A stretch of DNA of 64,000 nt from Candidatus Nanoarchaeia archaeon (lineage in GTDB: Archaea; Nanobdellota; Nanobdellia; SCGC-AAA011-G17; GW2011-AR17): NCBI GenBank assembly GCA_028706745.1, contig JAQTVM010000004.1:5137-69136 (forward strand), written 5' to 3'. The notes beneath the pieces were generated by a model that saw only the letters and a list, made by a program, of their open reading frames with translations, was not told the origin of the DNA and searched no databases. The position numbers and the translations under genes are program-made. Positions within the stretch are counted from its first letter, which is position 1. The number at the start of each line of letters is the position of its first letter. Of this stretch, positions 1-9,056 are shown piece by piece.

Positions 1-14
1 AAGAAGAAAATTTC

Positions 15-512
15 TTAAAATTCAAACGGGTCGTAGTTAAACTCGCCGTTTTTCCATTTCTCTTCCAGTTCCTTGCAATTAAACCTTTCACACTGCTCTT
101 GCCATGCTCTGGTTGCTCCTCCTAGGTAACTTTGGAAATCCCTGTCTCTTGGTAAGAAGCATCCGTCAAAAGGCACGCATATCCAATATATGTTTGGATT
201 GGAAATGCTTCCTTTAGCATATATATGTATAATCTCTCCTTTAGGATTATGATAGTATAAATCAGATTTTCCGGAGTTTACCGCGCTTTCAGCGGAACTA
301 TCCTGGCACCATCTGATATAATCCTGGGATATGCCAAATTTATCAATTTTTTCTGTTGCTTCGATGCAGCGAAGAGATATTATTGCTGTCTTTTCGCCAG
401 TATGATCTTCCTTTGGCGTTGGCGTTCCCGGTATTAATCCCCTTTCCGACTTGCATCCGATTATAGCTGCCAAACCGGCAGCCGCGACGATTCCAACTGT
501 TCTTGCTTTCAT
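15..512 (-). CDS. hypothetical secreted lipoprotein
   Basis: 165-aa ORF. The N-terminus MKARTVGIVAAAGLAAIIGC looks like a signal peptide with a lipobox-like Cys. A GGGGGT Shine-Dalgarno lies just upstream on the minus strand. Confidence 0.55.
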   Translation of the reverse strand: MKARTVGIVAAAGLAAIIGCKSERGLIPGTPTPKEDHTGEKTAIISLRCIEATEKIDKFGISQDYIRWCQDSSAESAVNSGKSDLYYHNPKGEIIHIYAKGSISNPNIYWICVPFDGCFLPRDRDFQSYLGGATRAWQEQCERFNCKELEEKWKNGEFNYDPFEF

Positions 513-627
513 TTGAATTACCCCCTATAAGGCTTTTATTGCCTTTCTGGGCATGAAATGCATTAGGGCTATTTATAGGTTTCGGAATCTGCCGCAGAAT
601 TATCCATCCGAAAGCTTTATATACACA

Positions 628-645
628 TTACGTAATATTACGTAA
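628..645. promoter_or_regulatory. 18-bp perfect palindrome TTACGTAATATTACGTAA; candidate operator
   Basis: Read directly: two self-complementary TTACGTAA octamers separated by TA. It sits between a TATA-like box (ctttatatac, 615-624) and the ATG at 647. Confidence 0.4.
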
Positions 646-646
646 T

Positions 647-1432
647 ATGGTAAATGGAATAATCGCGAGGGTAAGCAAGGGGAGCGTTATGGACCAAATC
701 TACCTGCCGAAGAACCGCCCTTCTGCATTAGGAATAGGGGAATATGTAGTGATAGCCCCTGCTCTCCAAAAAAAGCAAATAATGCCTTACTACTACAATG
801 CGCAAAAGATAGAGCCGATAAAGGCAGAAATCATACAGGGAATTATAAGCAATGCGGATGCAGAGAACATAATCATAGCAGGCTCTTTTCTTGAAAAAGG
901 GTTTAATTTTGATGACATAGACATAATAGTCATAAACGGGGAAGGCAAGGCAATAGAAAAGTATGCAGAAACCGCTTTCGGGCTAAAAGCCCACATAATT
1001 AACATGAAATACGACACATTAAGGGCAGGATTGAACACAGACCCTCTTTTCCAGATGATTTTAAGTCGGTTTGCCTCAAAAGAGAGAATCCTGTTAAACA
1101 TAAAGCCAATAATAAACTACAAATTGCTTGACATGCACTTGCTGAAAAGCAAGCTGCTTCCTGAGCAGTTTGAGTATCTGAATGGGAAAGAGAAATATAA
1201 GCTGACAAGAAACATGATTGCAATAAAGCTATTTTTAGAAGGCAAGACAGCAACAATTGAAAAAACCAATAAGGAAATAGAGAATTTGTTTGGAAAAGGC
1301 GCAGTAAGCAGGCTTCTCGAGAATACAATGGAAAAAACGCTGTTCACGGCAAAATACAAGCAAGTCTACAGAAAAGTATTTAATGTAATAATGGATGGCA
1401 TAAGCCATGCCAAACAAAAGCAAGCTGGTTAG
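647..1432 (+). CDS. hypothetical protein with nucleotidyltransferase-like motif
   Basis: 261-aa ORF. IIIAGSFLEKGFNFDDIDIIVI resembles the GS...DxD motif of minimal nucleotidyltransferases. Confidence 0.5.
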   Translation: MVNGIIARVSKGSVMDQIYLPKNRPSALGIGEYVVIAPALQKKQIMPYYYNAQKIEPIKAEIIQGIISNADAENIIIAGSFLEKGFNFDDIDIIVINGEGKAIEKYAETAFGLKAHIINMKYDTLRAGLNTDPLFQMILSRFASKERILLNIKPIINYKLLDMHLLKSKLLPEQFEYLNGKEKYKLTRNMIAIKLFLEGKTATIEKTNKEIENLFGKGAVSRLLENTMEKTLFTAKYKQVYRKVFNVIMDGISHAKQKQAG

Positions 1433-1736
1433 GATATTCATAGGAAATATCGCAAATGCCGTTGTGCATGAAGTTCTTGAAAATGCGATAGAAGAGCAGA
1501 GCCTGCGCTCGCATTATGGAAAAGAAATGCTCAATAGCATGCAGCTGGCACGGAAATACAGGGAGCAATTGAACCCGATAGACAAGACGCTTCCGGAAAG
1601 CGTAAATATAAGGCGGCAGATAGTAAAGAAGGCAGAGCAAGAGCTGAAATTAAGAATAAAGAAGGGCTATACAGGCATAAATATTGACTCAACAAGTAAA
1701 ATTGCTGAAAAGCTGCTTAAGAAGCTGAAAGCGTAG
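1407..1736 (+). CDS. hypothetical protein
   Basis: 109-aa Lys/Glu-rich helical ORF overlapping the upstream gene by 26 nt. No recognisable motif. Confidence 0.4.
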   Translation: MPNKSKLVRIFIGNIANAVVHEVLENAIEEQSLRSHYGKEMLNSMQLARKYREQLNPIDKTLPESVNIRRQIVKKAEQELKLRIKKGYTGINIDSTSKIAEKLLKKLKA

Positions 1737-1772
1737 AAAGCTTTATTAACACTTGTTATTATATTATAACAT

Positions 1773-2297
1773 ATGTTAGGAAATTATAACAAATATAAAC
1801 TATTAAAGGTGTTTTTCCTCAATCCGACAGACAGCCTCAGGCTGAGGGAAATAAGCAGGATGGCCAATCTGTCCCCTCCGTCTGTAATGCAATATCTGAA
1901 AGAATTTGAAAAGCAGGGGCTTGTAAAGAAATACATAAAGCGGAATATTCCCTTCTATCAGGCGCAAAGGGACAATGAAGATTTCAAGGCATACAGCCGG
2001 ATTGGAATTATATTTGAGCTTCATGATTCAGGGCTTATAGAACACATATGGGAAAAATTAGCGCCGGAAGCAATAATCCTCTTCGGCAGCTGCGCAAAGG
2101 GGGAATGCATTGAAGAATCAGACATAGACCTCTTTATTATAGGAAAAGAAAAAAAATTGGACTTAAAGGCATTTGAAAAGAGAATGGGGAGAAATATCCA
2201 TTTGCTCTTCGAAGAAAACCCCAAAAATATTTCTAAAGAATTAATCAATAACCTTATAAACGGGATTGTTCTTAAAGGCTACCTGAAGGTAAATTGA
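1773..2297 (+). CDS. wHTH-fused minimal nucleotidyltransferase (MNT-type, antitoxin-like)
   Basis: ILFGSCAKGECIEESDIDLFII matches the GSxxxG...DxD nucleotidyltransferase motif. The N-terminal LRLREISRMANLSPPSVMQYLKEFEKQGLV is winged-helix-like. Confidence 0.75.
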   Translation: MLGNYNKYKLLKVFFLNPTDSLRLREISRMANLSPPSVMQYLKEFEKQGLVKKYIKRNIPFYQAQRDNEDFKAYSRIGIIFELHDSGLIEHIWEKLAPEAIILFGSCAKGECIEESDIDLFIIGKEKKLDLKAFEKRMGRNIHLLFEENPKNISKELINNLINGIVLKGYLKVN

Positions 2298-2701
2298 TAA
2301 TAAAGGTAACACCTAACAAGGAAAAGGCAAAATCAATGCTCTTGCTTGCTGAGCAGAAGGAATCCTTTGCAAACACCATAGATATAGCAAAATACCCAAC
2401 AAATGCGGCTGAAAACTATTATGACGTGGCAAGGGAGCTTGCTTCTGCCATACTTCTTCTTGACGGAAAAAAGGCAATGGGCGAATATGCGCATAAGGAG
2501 ATATTAGATGAGCTTGCAAATTACAAGGCGTTTGCTGTCGATGAAATATCTTTAATTGATGATCTGCGCATAAAGCGCAATAACAGCTCTTATGAGGGAA
2601 AGCCGATAGATATTATATATGTTGAAAATAAGAAGTTAAAATGGATAGCGGTAATCCAAAAGATGAAAGATTTTATAAGAAAAAGGCTTGAAAGCAAATA
2701 A
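2294..2701 (+). CDS. HEPN-like partner of the upstream nucleotidyltransferase
   Basis: 4-nt overlap with the MNT gene. The 135-aa helical protein occupies the same position as the HEPN genes at 46956 and 51643. TTG start; an alternative ATG lies at 2336. Confidence 0.5.
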   Translation: MIIKVTPNKEKAKSMLLLAEQKESFANTIDIAKYPTNAAENYYDVARELASAILLLDGKKAMGEYAHKEILDELANYKAFAVDEISLIDDLRIKRNNSSYEGKPIDIIYVENKKLKWIAVIQKMKDFIRKRLESK

Positions 2702-2932
2702 AAGTCCCTTGGAATCTCTTTCTTAATGTTAATTCAGGAAATTAGCAAAAGTAATGCTGGAAGCCCGCCTTTATTATCTTTTTTCCATAAAACCTTGATT
2801 TTTTCCACGCAATCATAACAAATTTCCGGCAATAACGCGTCTTTTTTCAGAAACATCAACTCCATCACAGAAATCTTAATAAAGCAAGACAAGTTTCTCC
2901 ATCTTATACTTATTCAAAAAGAGGGGTTGAAA

Positions 2933-3913
2933 ATGGCTGCAATGACTTACGAACAAATCAAGGCAAGAATAAAAGACACAACAGGGCTTTCTGAAGCTGA
3001 CATTGACTTGAAGGTTAATGACAAGCTCAGGCAGCTTTCTGACTTAATATCAAAGGAAGGCGCTGCGCATATCGTGGCAAACGACTTGGGCGTGAAAATA
3101 TTCCAGCAGAGGCAGGGAAGATTAAAAATCACAGAGCTTATGCCGATGCAGAGGAATGTGGAAGTATTAATCAGGGTCGTAAAAAGCTACGGAATAAGAA
3201 ACTTCAAGACAGAAAAGAAAGAAGGAAGAAATGCGGCATTTTTGGCAGGAGACGAGTCAGGAATAATCAGGACAACAGTCTGGGACGAGCCGGTGATACA
3301 GCAGATTGAGCAATTAAAGGAAAATGATATTCTGTTAATCAAGGGCGCATACGTCAGGGAAAACAACGGTTATAAGGAGCTTCATCTTGGAACAGGCTCT
3401 TCAATTGCATTAAACCCTGCGAATGAAACAGTGGGGTTCTCAAAAGTTCAGCCTTCAAACAAGTCAATATCTGAATTAAAGGACAAGGACAGCGCAGTTA
3501 TTGCAGGGACAGTTGTCCAGCTTTTTGAGCCAAAGTTCTATGACGCGTGCAATATATGCAGCAAGAAAGTAATTGACGGCGCATGCCCCAATCACGGCAA
3601 GGTTGAAAAAAGGGTTGTTCCGATAGTGAATGTAATCCTGGATGACGGCACTGACAACATCCGCGTTGTCTGCTTCAGGGACGCTGCAGAGTCTGTTTTA
3701 GGCAAGGACGCCGAAACTCTTTCGAAAATCAAGGAAAATCCGGGCTTGTTTGAGGAAATAAAGAAAAGCATTGTGGGAAAACAGCTGCAGGTTACAGGCA
3801 GGGTTAACATGAACGAGATGTTTGCAAGGCTTGAGATGGTTGCAAGCACAGTGAAAGAGGCGACCCCTGCTGATGTTGTCGCGAATGTCAAGCACGAAGA
3901 GCTTGTAGCATAA
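2933..3913 (+). CDS. rpa: replication protein A-like ssDNA-binding protein (OB folds plus zinc ribbon)
   Basis: Two OB-fold-like segments (NVEVLIRVV..., AVIAGTVVQLFEP...) and a Cys/His cluster CNICSKKVIDGACPNHG. A GAGGGGT SD precedes the ATG at 2933; the track ORF starts at a TTG at 2927. Confidence 0.7.
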   Translation: MAAMTYEQIKARIKDTTGLSEADIDLKVNDKLRQLSDLISKEGAAHIVANDLGVKIFQQRQGRLKITELMPMQRNVEVLIRVVKSYGIRNFKTEKKEGRNAAFLAGDESGIIRTTVWDEPVIQQIEQLKENDILLIKGAYVRENNGYKELHLGTGSSIALNPANETVGFSKVQPSNKSISELKDKDSAVIAGTVVQLFEPKFYDACNICSKKVIDGACPNHGKVEKRVVPIVNVILDDGTDNIRVVCFRDAAESVLGKDAETLSKIKENPGLFEEIKKSIVGKQLQVTGRVNMNEMFARLEMVASTVKEATPADVVANVKHEELVA

Positions 3914-3915
3914 CT

Positions 3916-4377
3916 ATGATGTTCAAGACGCATTTGGCAATCGGCGCTTTAGCTGGAATAACTCTTTTCCATTATTACATTCCTGAGCATCCATTTTTGT
4001 TTGCTTTTATTTTTCTTTTTGCTTCAATTCTTCCTGACATTGACACCACAAAAAGTGTTATAGGAAAACGGCTCTGGCCTGTCTCATCATTTTTAAGCAT
4101 ATTCACAAGGCACCGCGGCTTTTTTCATACAATATGGATTCCCTTGGCTGCTTTTGGAATAGGATTTTATTTTAATATTGGATTATTTGCAGCATTCACA
4201 ATGGGCTATCTGGTTCATCTGCTTTCAGACGCAATGACTTCAGAGGGAATTTCCCTGTTTTCGCCTGTTCTGAAGCGCAGGACAAAAGGCTTCATAAAAA
4301 CAGGCAGTGCGCTTGAATATGTGTTTCTTGTTTTTGTCTGCGTTGGCATTGGACTACAGGCAGCGCTTAGCCTGTAA
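3916..4377 (+). CDS. membrane-bound metal-dependent hydrolase, YdjM/DUF457-like
   Basis: 153-aa polytopic membrane ORF. The HLLSDAMTSEGISLFSP motif is typical of the YdjM family. Confidence 0.6.
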   Translation: MMFKTHLAIGALAGITLFHYYIPEHPFLFAFIFLFASILPDIDTTKSVIGKRLWPVSSFLSIFTRHRGFFHTIWIPLAAFGIGFYFNIGLFAAFTMGYLVHLLSDAMTSEGISLFSPVLKRRTKGFIKTGSALEYVFLVFVCVGIGLQAALSL

Positions 4378-4405
4378 CAATTAGCTGCCTCCTGAAATCT
4401 TTTAA

Positions 4406-5443
4406 CTATAAACTAATAATCAGCGTTGCAGAAACAGGCAGATGGTCAGAAAGCTCGGCGTGTATTACTTGATAGTCTCTTATCCAAATATCGTTCGTGG
4501 GTATTATGTAGTCAGCTGTCCAGTAAAGGTTTTCAGTGTCTGACGTGTAATATGATGTGTCATTCGGGTTTACAGTTAGCATGTATATGCTGAAAAGCTT
4601 AGAGTCATACAAAAGTTTCATTGCATTTGCCTTGCACCATTTCAGCTCTTCAGGGACATCTTCCTCTGTCGGGATTAAGAGGTGCAGTGTTCCGCCAAAA
4701 ATAAGAGGCATACTGCTGTTTTCAGCTTCCTGAATCATCTTTCTTGTTTCAATCTCCCCAAAATTAAAATGCGTTGATATAACTCTTGTTAGCTTTCCGT
4801 GTATGTCAATCACTGCATCAAGATACCTTTCCTCTCCTGCAATCCAGTCAAGCAGGGACCTTTTGTCAAATGCCTTGTTCTCGGCTGATATTATCGGATA
4901 CCGGCTCATTATTGCATTGCCCATATTAAATTGCAGGATATCCCACCCTCTTTCTCCTCCGTAAGGATAGCCGCCCCACAAAAAATCATATTTTGCGCCG
5001 TAGGCATAATAATTAAATCCTGCTTTTCTTGCAAGATAAGGCATAAAATCAATTCCAAAGCTCCATGTTGCATCCTTGTCTGTTTCCTGAATTAAAACAA
5101 TGTCTGCATCTTCTTTTATCAGCATCTCAGCGACATCATCAAGGCACCTGTATACTGCGGCAGGCGATTCTATTGTCATATTAGTCTCCAAATCATTCAT
5201 GCTGCTTTTGCCGTAAAAGTCATAAGAACCCCTGCAGTGCGCAATATTGTAAGTGATTATCTTTATCTCTGTTGTTTCCTCATAAGAATTATTCAGGTTT
5301 TCCTCAATCGTAACAACCTCGGCATTCATATCGCTTAATGCGGCGTTAATCAGCGTTGGACCAACCATGCCTGCAAGCCCGGCAAATCCTGCTGCTGCAA
5401 ACAAGGCGGCTTTGTTTCCCAGCCCGGTTTTATTCTTTTTCAT
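4406..5443 (-). CDS. membrane-anchored endonuclease/exonuclease/phosphatase (EEP) family protein
   Basis: N-terminal hydrophobic anchor. Motifs: ITYNIAHCRG, DIVLIQETD and a C-terminal SDHLPVSATL, the EEP catalytic signature. Paralog of the next gene. Confidence 0.75.
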   Translation of the reverse strand: MKKNKTGLGNKAALFAAAGFAGLAGMVGPTLINAALSDMNAEVVTIEENLNNSYEETTEIKIITYNIAHCRGSYDFYGKSSMNDLETNMTIESPAAVYRCLDDVAEMLIKEDADIVLIQETDKDATWSFGIDFMPYLARKAGFNYYAYGAKYDFLWGGYPYGGERGWDILQFNMGNAIMSRYPIISAENKAFDKRSLLDWIAGEERYLDAVIDIHGKLTRVISTHFNFGEIETRKMIQEAENSSMPLIFGGTLHLLIPTEEDVPEELKWCKANAMKLLYDSKLFSIYMLTVNPNDTSYYTSDTENLYWTADYIIPTNDIWIRDYQVIHAELSDHLPVSATLIISL

Positions 5444-5453
5444 ACTCTTTTCC

Positions 5454-6542
5454 TTATTTTAACTCATTAAATACAAGTGTTGCAGAAACAGGCTTGTGGT
5501 CTGAAAGCTCTGCATCAATCACGTGATAATCTGTTATTGCAAAATCATTTGTGGGTATTATGTAGTCAGCTGTCCAGTAAAGGTTTTGAGTGTCAGAAGT
5601 GTAATAAGTTCTGTCAAGCGGGTCAATGCCGAGCATGTATATGCTGAAAAGCCCGGAGTCATCCAAAATCCGCATTGCATTTGCGCTGCACCAGCTTAAT
5701 GAGGGATTTGCTTCAAGCGCGGCAGGCGTCACCAAATGAAGCGTGCCTCCAAACACAAGAGGCATTCCAGCTTTTTTTGCTTCTTCTATCATAAGCCTTG
5801 ATTCAATCTCCCCTGCACCGAAATGCGTTGAAATAAACCTCGCCTGTCTTCCATTTATGCTAATCCTGGCGTCAATGTATCTTTCTTCTCCTGCAATCCA
5901 TCCAACGAAATCCTGCTCGCCAAATGGCTTGTTGCCAGCAGTAAGAATTGGATATTTGCTTATGATGCCGTTTCCTATGTCAAAATAAAGAGTGTCAATC
6001 CACTGCCCGTTTGCTCTTTGGTGTTCATATGGCCACCATACAAAATCATACTTTGAGCCGTAGGCATAATAATCCATTCCTGCTTTTTGCGCAAGATAAG
6101 GCACAAAATCTATTCCATAGCTCCAGACGGCATTTTTATCCGCCTCTTGCAGCAAAACAATGTCAGCATCTTCCCTCATGAACATCTCTGCAAAATCATC
6201 AAGGCACTTGTAAACCTGTTCAGGGGAGTTTATTGTAAGATCCATATCCAATTCATCAAGATGTCTCCCATCTCCATAAAAATCATAAGGCCCCCTGCAG
6301 TGCGCAAGGTTTGCGCTTATTATTTTTATTTCATTTGAATTTTCATATTGCTGCTGCGCACTTGTTCCAACATATCCTGTTTCTGCCGAGAAATCCCTGG
6401 ACATTGCATTGAATACAACAGCGCAGCCGGCAGAAGCAGCTATGAAAGCAGCCCCCATTGCGAGCAATGCCAGTTTTGCCATGACATCGAGCATAATTGC
6501 CCTCGGATTAATAAGCTTTTTGTGTAAACCCTTTTTTTTCAT
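5454..6542 (-). CDS. membrane-anchored EEP family protein (tandem paralog)
   Basis: Same motif set as the neighbour (ISANLAHCRG, DIVLLQEAD, SDHKPVSATL) and collinear with it along the whole catalytic domain. Confidence 0.75.
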   Translation of the reverse strand: MKKKGLHKKLINPRAIMLDVMAKLALLAMGAAFIAASAGCAVVFNAMSRDFSAETGYVGTSAQQQYENSNEIKIISANLAHCRGPYDFYGDGRHLDELDMDLTINSPEQVYKCLDDFAEMFMREDADIVLLQEADKNAVWSYGIDFVPYLAQKAGMDYYAYGSKYDFVWWPYEHQRANGQWIDTLYFDIGNGIISKYPILTAGNKPFGEQDFVGWIAGEERYIDARISINGRQARFISTHFGAGEIESRLMIEEAKKAGMPLVFGGTLHLVTPAALEANPSLSWCSANAMRILDDSGLFSIYMLGIDPLDRTYYTSDTQNLYWTADYIIPTNDFAITDYHVIDAELSDHKPVSATLVFNELK

Positions 6543-6574
6543 TGCTTAAAATAAAAGAAAATGGCTTTTTAACC

Positions 6575-8992
6575 TTATTCTTTCTTGTCTTCTTTTTTAT
6601 CCTTCTTAAGCCATTCCTGGATTGAATTCAGCTGTTCTTTCACTTTTGCATGAACTTCTGAGGCAGGCATCCGTGTTCCTATTTCCAGTGTTTCATTGAT
6701 GTTTGAATGCGCATAAACCCTGAACCTGCCTGACTTTATCGCTTCATGCACTTCCCTGTCAACAAGGTGCAGATTTTCAACATTGGCTTTTGGGATTACT
6801 GCTATTGCCTGCTCTATTCCCAAATCCCTGCAAGTTTGATAAGCGCCCATCACTTTTTCATTTATGCCGCCGACAGGCGTTACATTTCCTGACTTCGGGT
6901 CAATGCCACCTGTAATAAACACATAAGGCTGTACAGGGATATTTGCAATTGCCGAGATGCATGCAAGGGACATTGCAGCGCCGGCGCTTGGACCGTCTAT
7001 TCCGTGGTCGCTTTGCGAAACGCTTGCCTCCAGGTCAAAATTAAACTGGGTTTCAGAGTCCATATACTTCTCCTTCAGCATGGATGCAACCTGCAGGAAG
7101 CTTTTAGTGAACATTTTTCCGCTTAGCCCTGCATCCTTGTCGATATTTACAAATCTTCCAAGCCCCTGATTGTTGGGCCTTACTGTAACACCTATCCTAA
7201 GGTGATTGCCAAAAGGTATTTCTGCGGAAAGCACTGCAAGCCCGTTTACAACACCAACCTCTGGCGAGTCTCCGACAATTATCTTTCCGCTTCCTATGTA
7301 TTCCCTGAACCATTTTTCAGCTGTGTTTTTTTCATTCTTGTAATTTCTGTAAGCTGTGTCTATGTCTTCTCCGGTTGCAATATCTCTGCCTGCGTTTTTT
7401 GCAGAAACGCCTGCCCTTACAAGAATGTCCCTGTAAAATGACACGTCTGTTGAAAGCTTTTTCTTTCCAAAAGGGAGCATCAGGTATTCTGCCAGTCTTG
7501 CTACTGCCTTGCAGTCAAAGTCAGGCAGCCCTGATTCAATTACTTCTCCTTTAACAGCTTTTCCAAGCTTTGCAATATTCTCAAGAGTCATTGGCATTTC
7601 GCTTTTAAGCGCTATTCTTTTCTTAAAGTAAGCAATGAACCTGTCATTGTCCGGAAACATTGCAAGGTATTTTCCCAAATCTGACACAAACAGCATAAGC
7701 TTTGTTTTTGCTTCGCATTTTGCGTCAACCTTGTCATACAGGGAAATACCGCCTATGTCTGCCTTTCCTGTTTCAAGCGCCTGCAAAATCTTGTACTTTA
7801 AAATTCCCTGCGGGTGAAGAGCCCAGTCAGCATGAGTTATTGCCAAAACGCCCCTGTTTGCCCTTGCAAGCAGCCCCGCATTAAGCCGCAGATGGCTTGC
7901 CTTTTGGGAATGTTCAATGCTCCCAAGCAATGCTGAAGGGTTGGGGTCTGTTTCCACAATTGAAATCAGCCCTTCTTTCTTTGTATTGTCAACAATTATG
8001 TGAGGCAGAAATTCAGAAACGCCTTTTTCAGGGGAGGCGTCAATTCCCATCAATAGCCCCAGTCCTGATGCTTTTTCCTCTTTCAGCTTTTCAGGATGCT
8101 CTGCAATGTGCGTGAAAACATCAGTGATATATTCTTTTATTGCAGGCAGGCTTTCTGCTGATATTGTTCCGGCTTCTGCCATGATTTCATATTGCGCAAT
8201 AATGTCTTCGCTTTTCGCAAGCGCATACTTTTTTATTGCTTTTGCCGTGCCGTCATTGATAAAATCAGTATAGCCTTTTGCGGAGTCAATTATTTGTTCA
8301 TCCATCTTTTTTTTCACTTCTGATGCGATTTCTGCTGCTTTTTTCTTTTGTTTTGCATTCAGCTTTTCAGGCTCCTTGACTATGATTGCGCCCATGTTTT
8401 TTTCAACTTCTACGCCCTCTTTCTTGAATTTTGCAAGGGCTTCCTCTTCTATTTTCTTTACGATTGTATTGCTTTCTGCAATTTTTTTTGTGAAGTCAAG
8501 CATCTGTCCGGCATATCCCTCTAGTTCGCTTGCCTTTGGCTTGTAGCTTGCAATGCCTGCAATTTCTTTTTCCATGTAGCTTCTGAAAATTTTCCCGTAT
8601 CCTGCGGGCACAGAGCCGGTCTTTGGGCTTAAAGGCTCATTAAAATTCTGCCATGCAATCTGGTCAACATTCTGCACTTCTGCTTTTGCAGCATACTCTT
8701 CGGTTACTGCCTTAATCAGCAAAGGCACATCTTGTTCTGAACCGCATTTTATTATAAGATTATAATCAGACCGCTGTATGGCAAGCCCTTCCATTATCGC
8801 GGAAAGCTGTTCTTCCTGCCCCAGGATTCTTTCAAGCCCCGCAGGCGCTTCAAGCTCTGCTGTTGTCCTGAATCCAAGCTTGCCGGGCATTACATGCGCA
8901 TAAATCCCCGGTTTGCCCTGTTTTTCGAACAGCGGCAGCCCATATTTAGCATCAAGCGCGTCAAGAGAAAGTTCAGCATTGTCTTTTTTCAT
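6575..8992 (-). CDS. Lon-like protease with degenerate ATPase module (LonC-like)
   Basis: The C-terminal S16 peptidase motif DGPSAGAAMSLACISAI is present. A Lon-like NAGLLARANRGVLAI segment is also present. I found no GxxxxGK[ST] Walker A anywhere; the expected position reads NLIIKCGSEQDVP. There is a long Lys/Glu coiled insert. Confidence 0.75.
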   Translation of the reverse strand: MKKDNAELSLDALDAKYGLPLFEKQGKPGIYAHVMPGKLGFRTTAELEAPAGLERILGQEEQLSAIMEGLAIQRSDYNLIIKCGSEQDVPLLIKAVTEEYAAKAEVQNVDQIAWQNFNEPLSPKTGSVPAGYGKIFRSYMEKEIAGIASYKPKASELEGYAGQMLDFTKKIAESNTIVKKIEEEALAKFKKEGVEVEKNMGAIIVKEPEKLNAKQKKKAAEIASEVKKKMDEQIIDSAKGYTDFINDGTAKAIKKYALAKSEDIIAQYEIMAEAGTISAESLPAIKEYITDVFTHIAEHPEKLKEEKASGLGLLMGIDASPEKGVSEFLPHIIVDNTKKEGLISIVETDPNPSALLGSIEHSQKASHLRLNAGLLARANRGVLAITHADWALHPQGILKYKILQALETGKADIGGISLYDKVDAKCEAKTKLMLFVSDLGKYLAMFPDNDRFIAYFKKRIALKSEMPMTLENIAKLGKAVKGEVIESGLPDFDCKAVARLAEYLMLPFGKKKLSTDVSFYRDILVRAGVSAKNAGRDIATGEDIDTAYRNYKNEKNTAEKWFREYIGSGKIIVGDSPEVGVVNGLAVLSAEIPFGNHLRIGVTVRPNNQGLGRFVNIDKDAGLSGKMFTKSFLQVASMLKEKYMDSETQFNFDLEASVSQSDHGIDGPSAGAAMSLACISAIANIPVQPYVFITGGIDPKSGNVTPVGGINEKVMGAYQTCRDLGIEQAIAVIPKANVENLHLVDREVHEAIKSGRFRVYAHSNINETLEIGTRMPASEVHAKVKEQLNSIQEWLKKDKKEDKKE

Positions 8993-9056
8993 GTTAGCCC
9001 CCTTGCTGTTTGCTATAAGGGCAGACTATATAAACCTTTTGAGGCAATTTGAGAAT

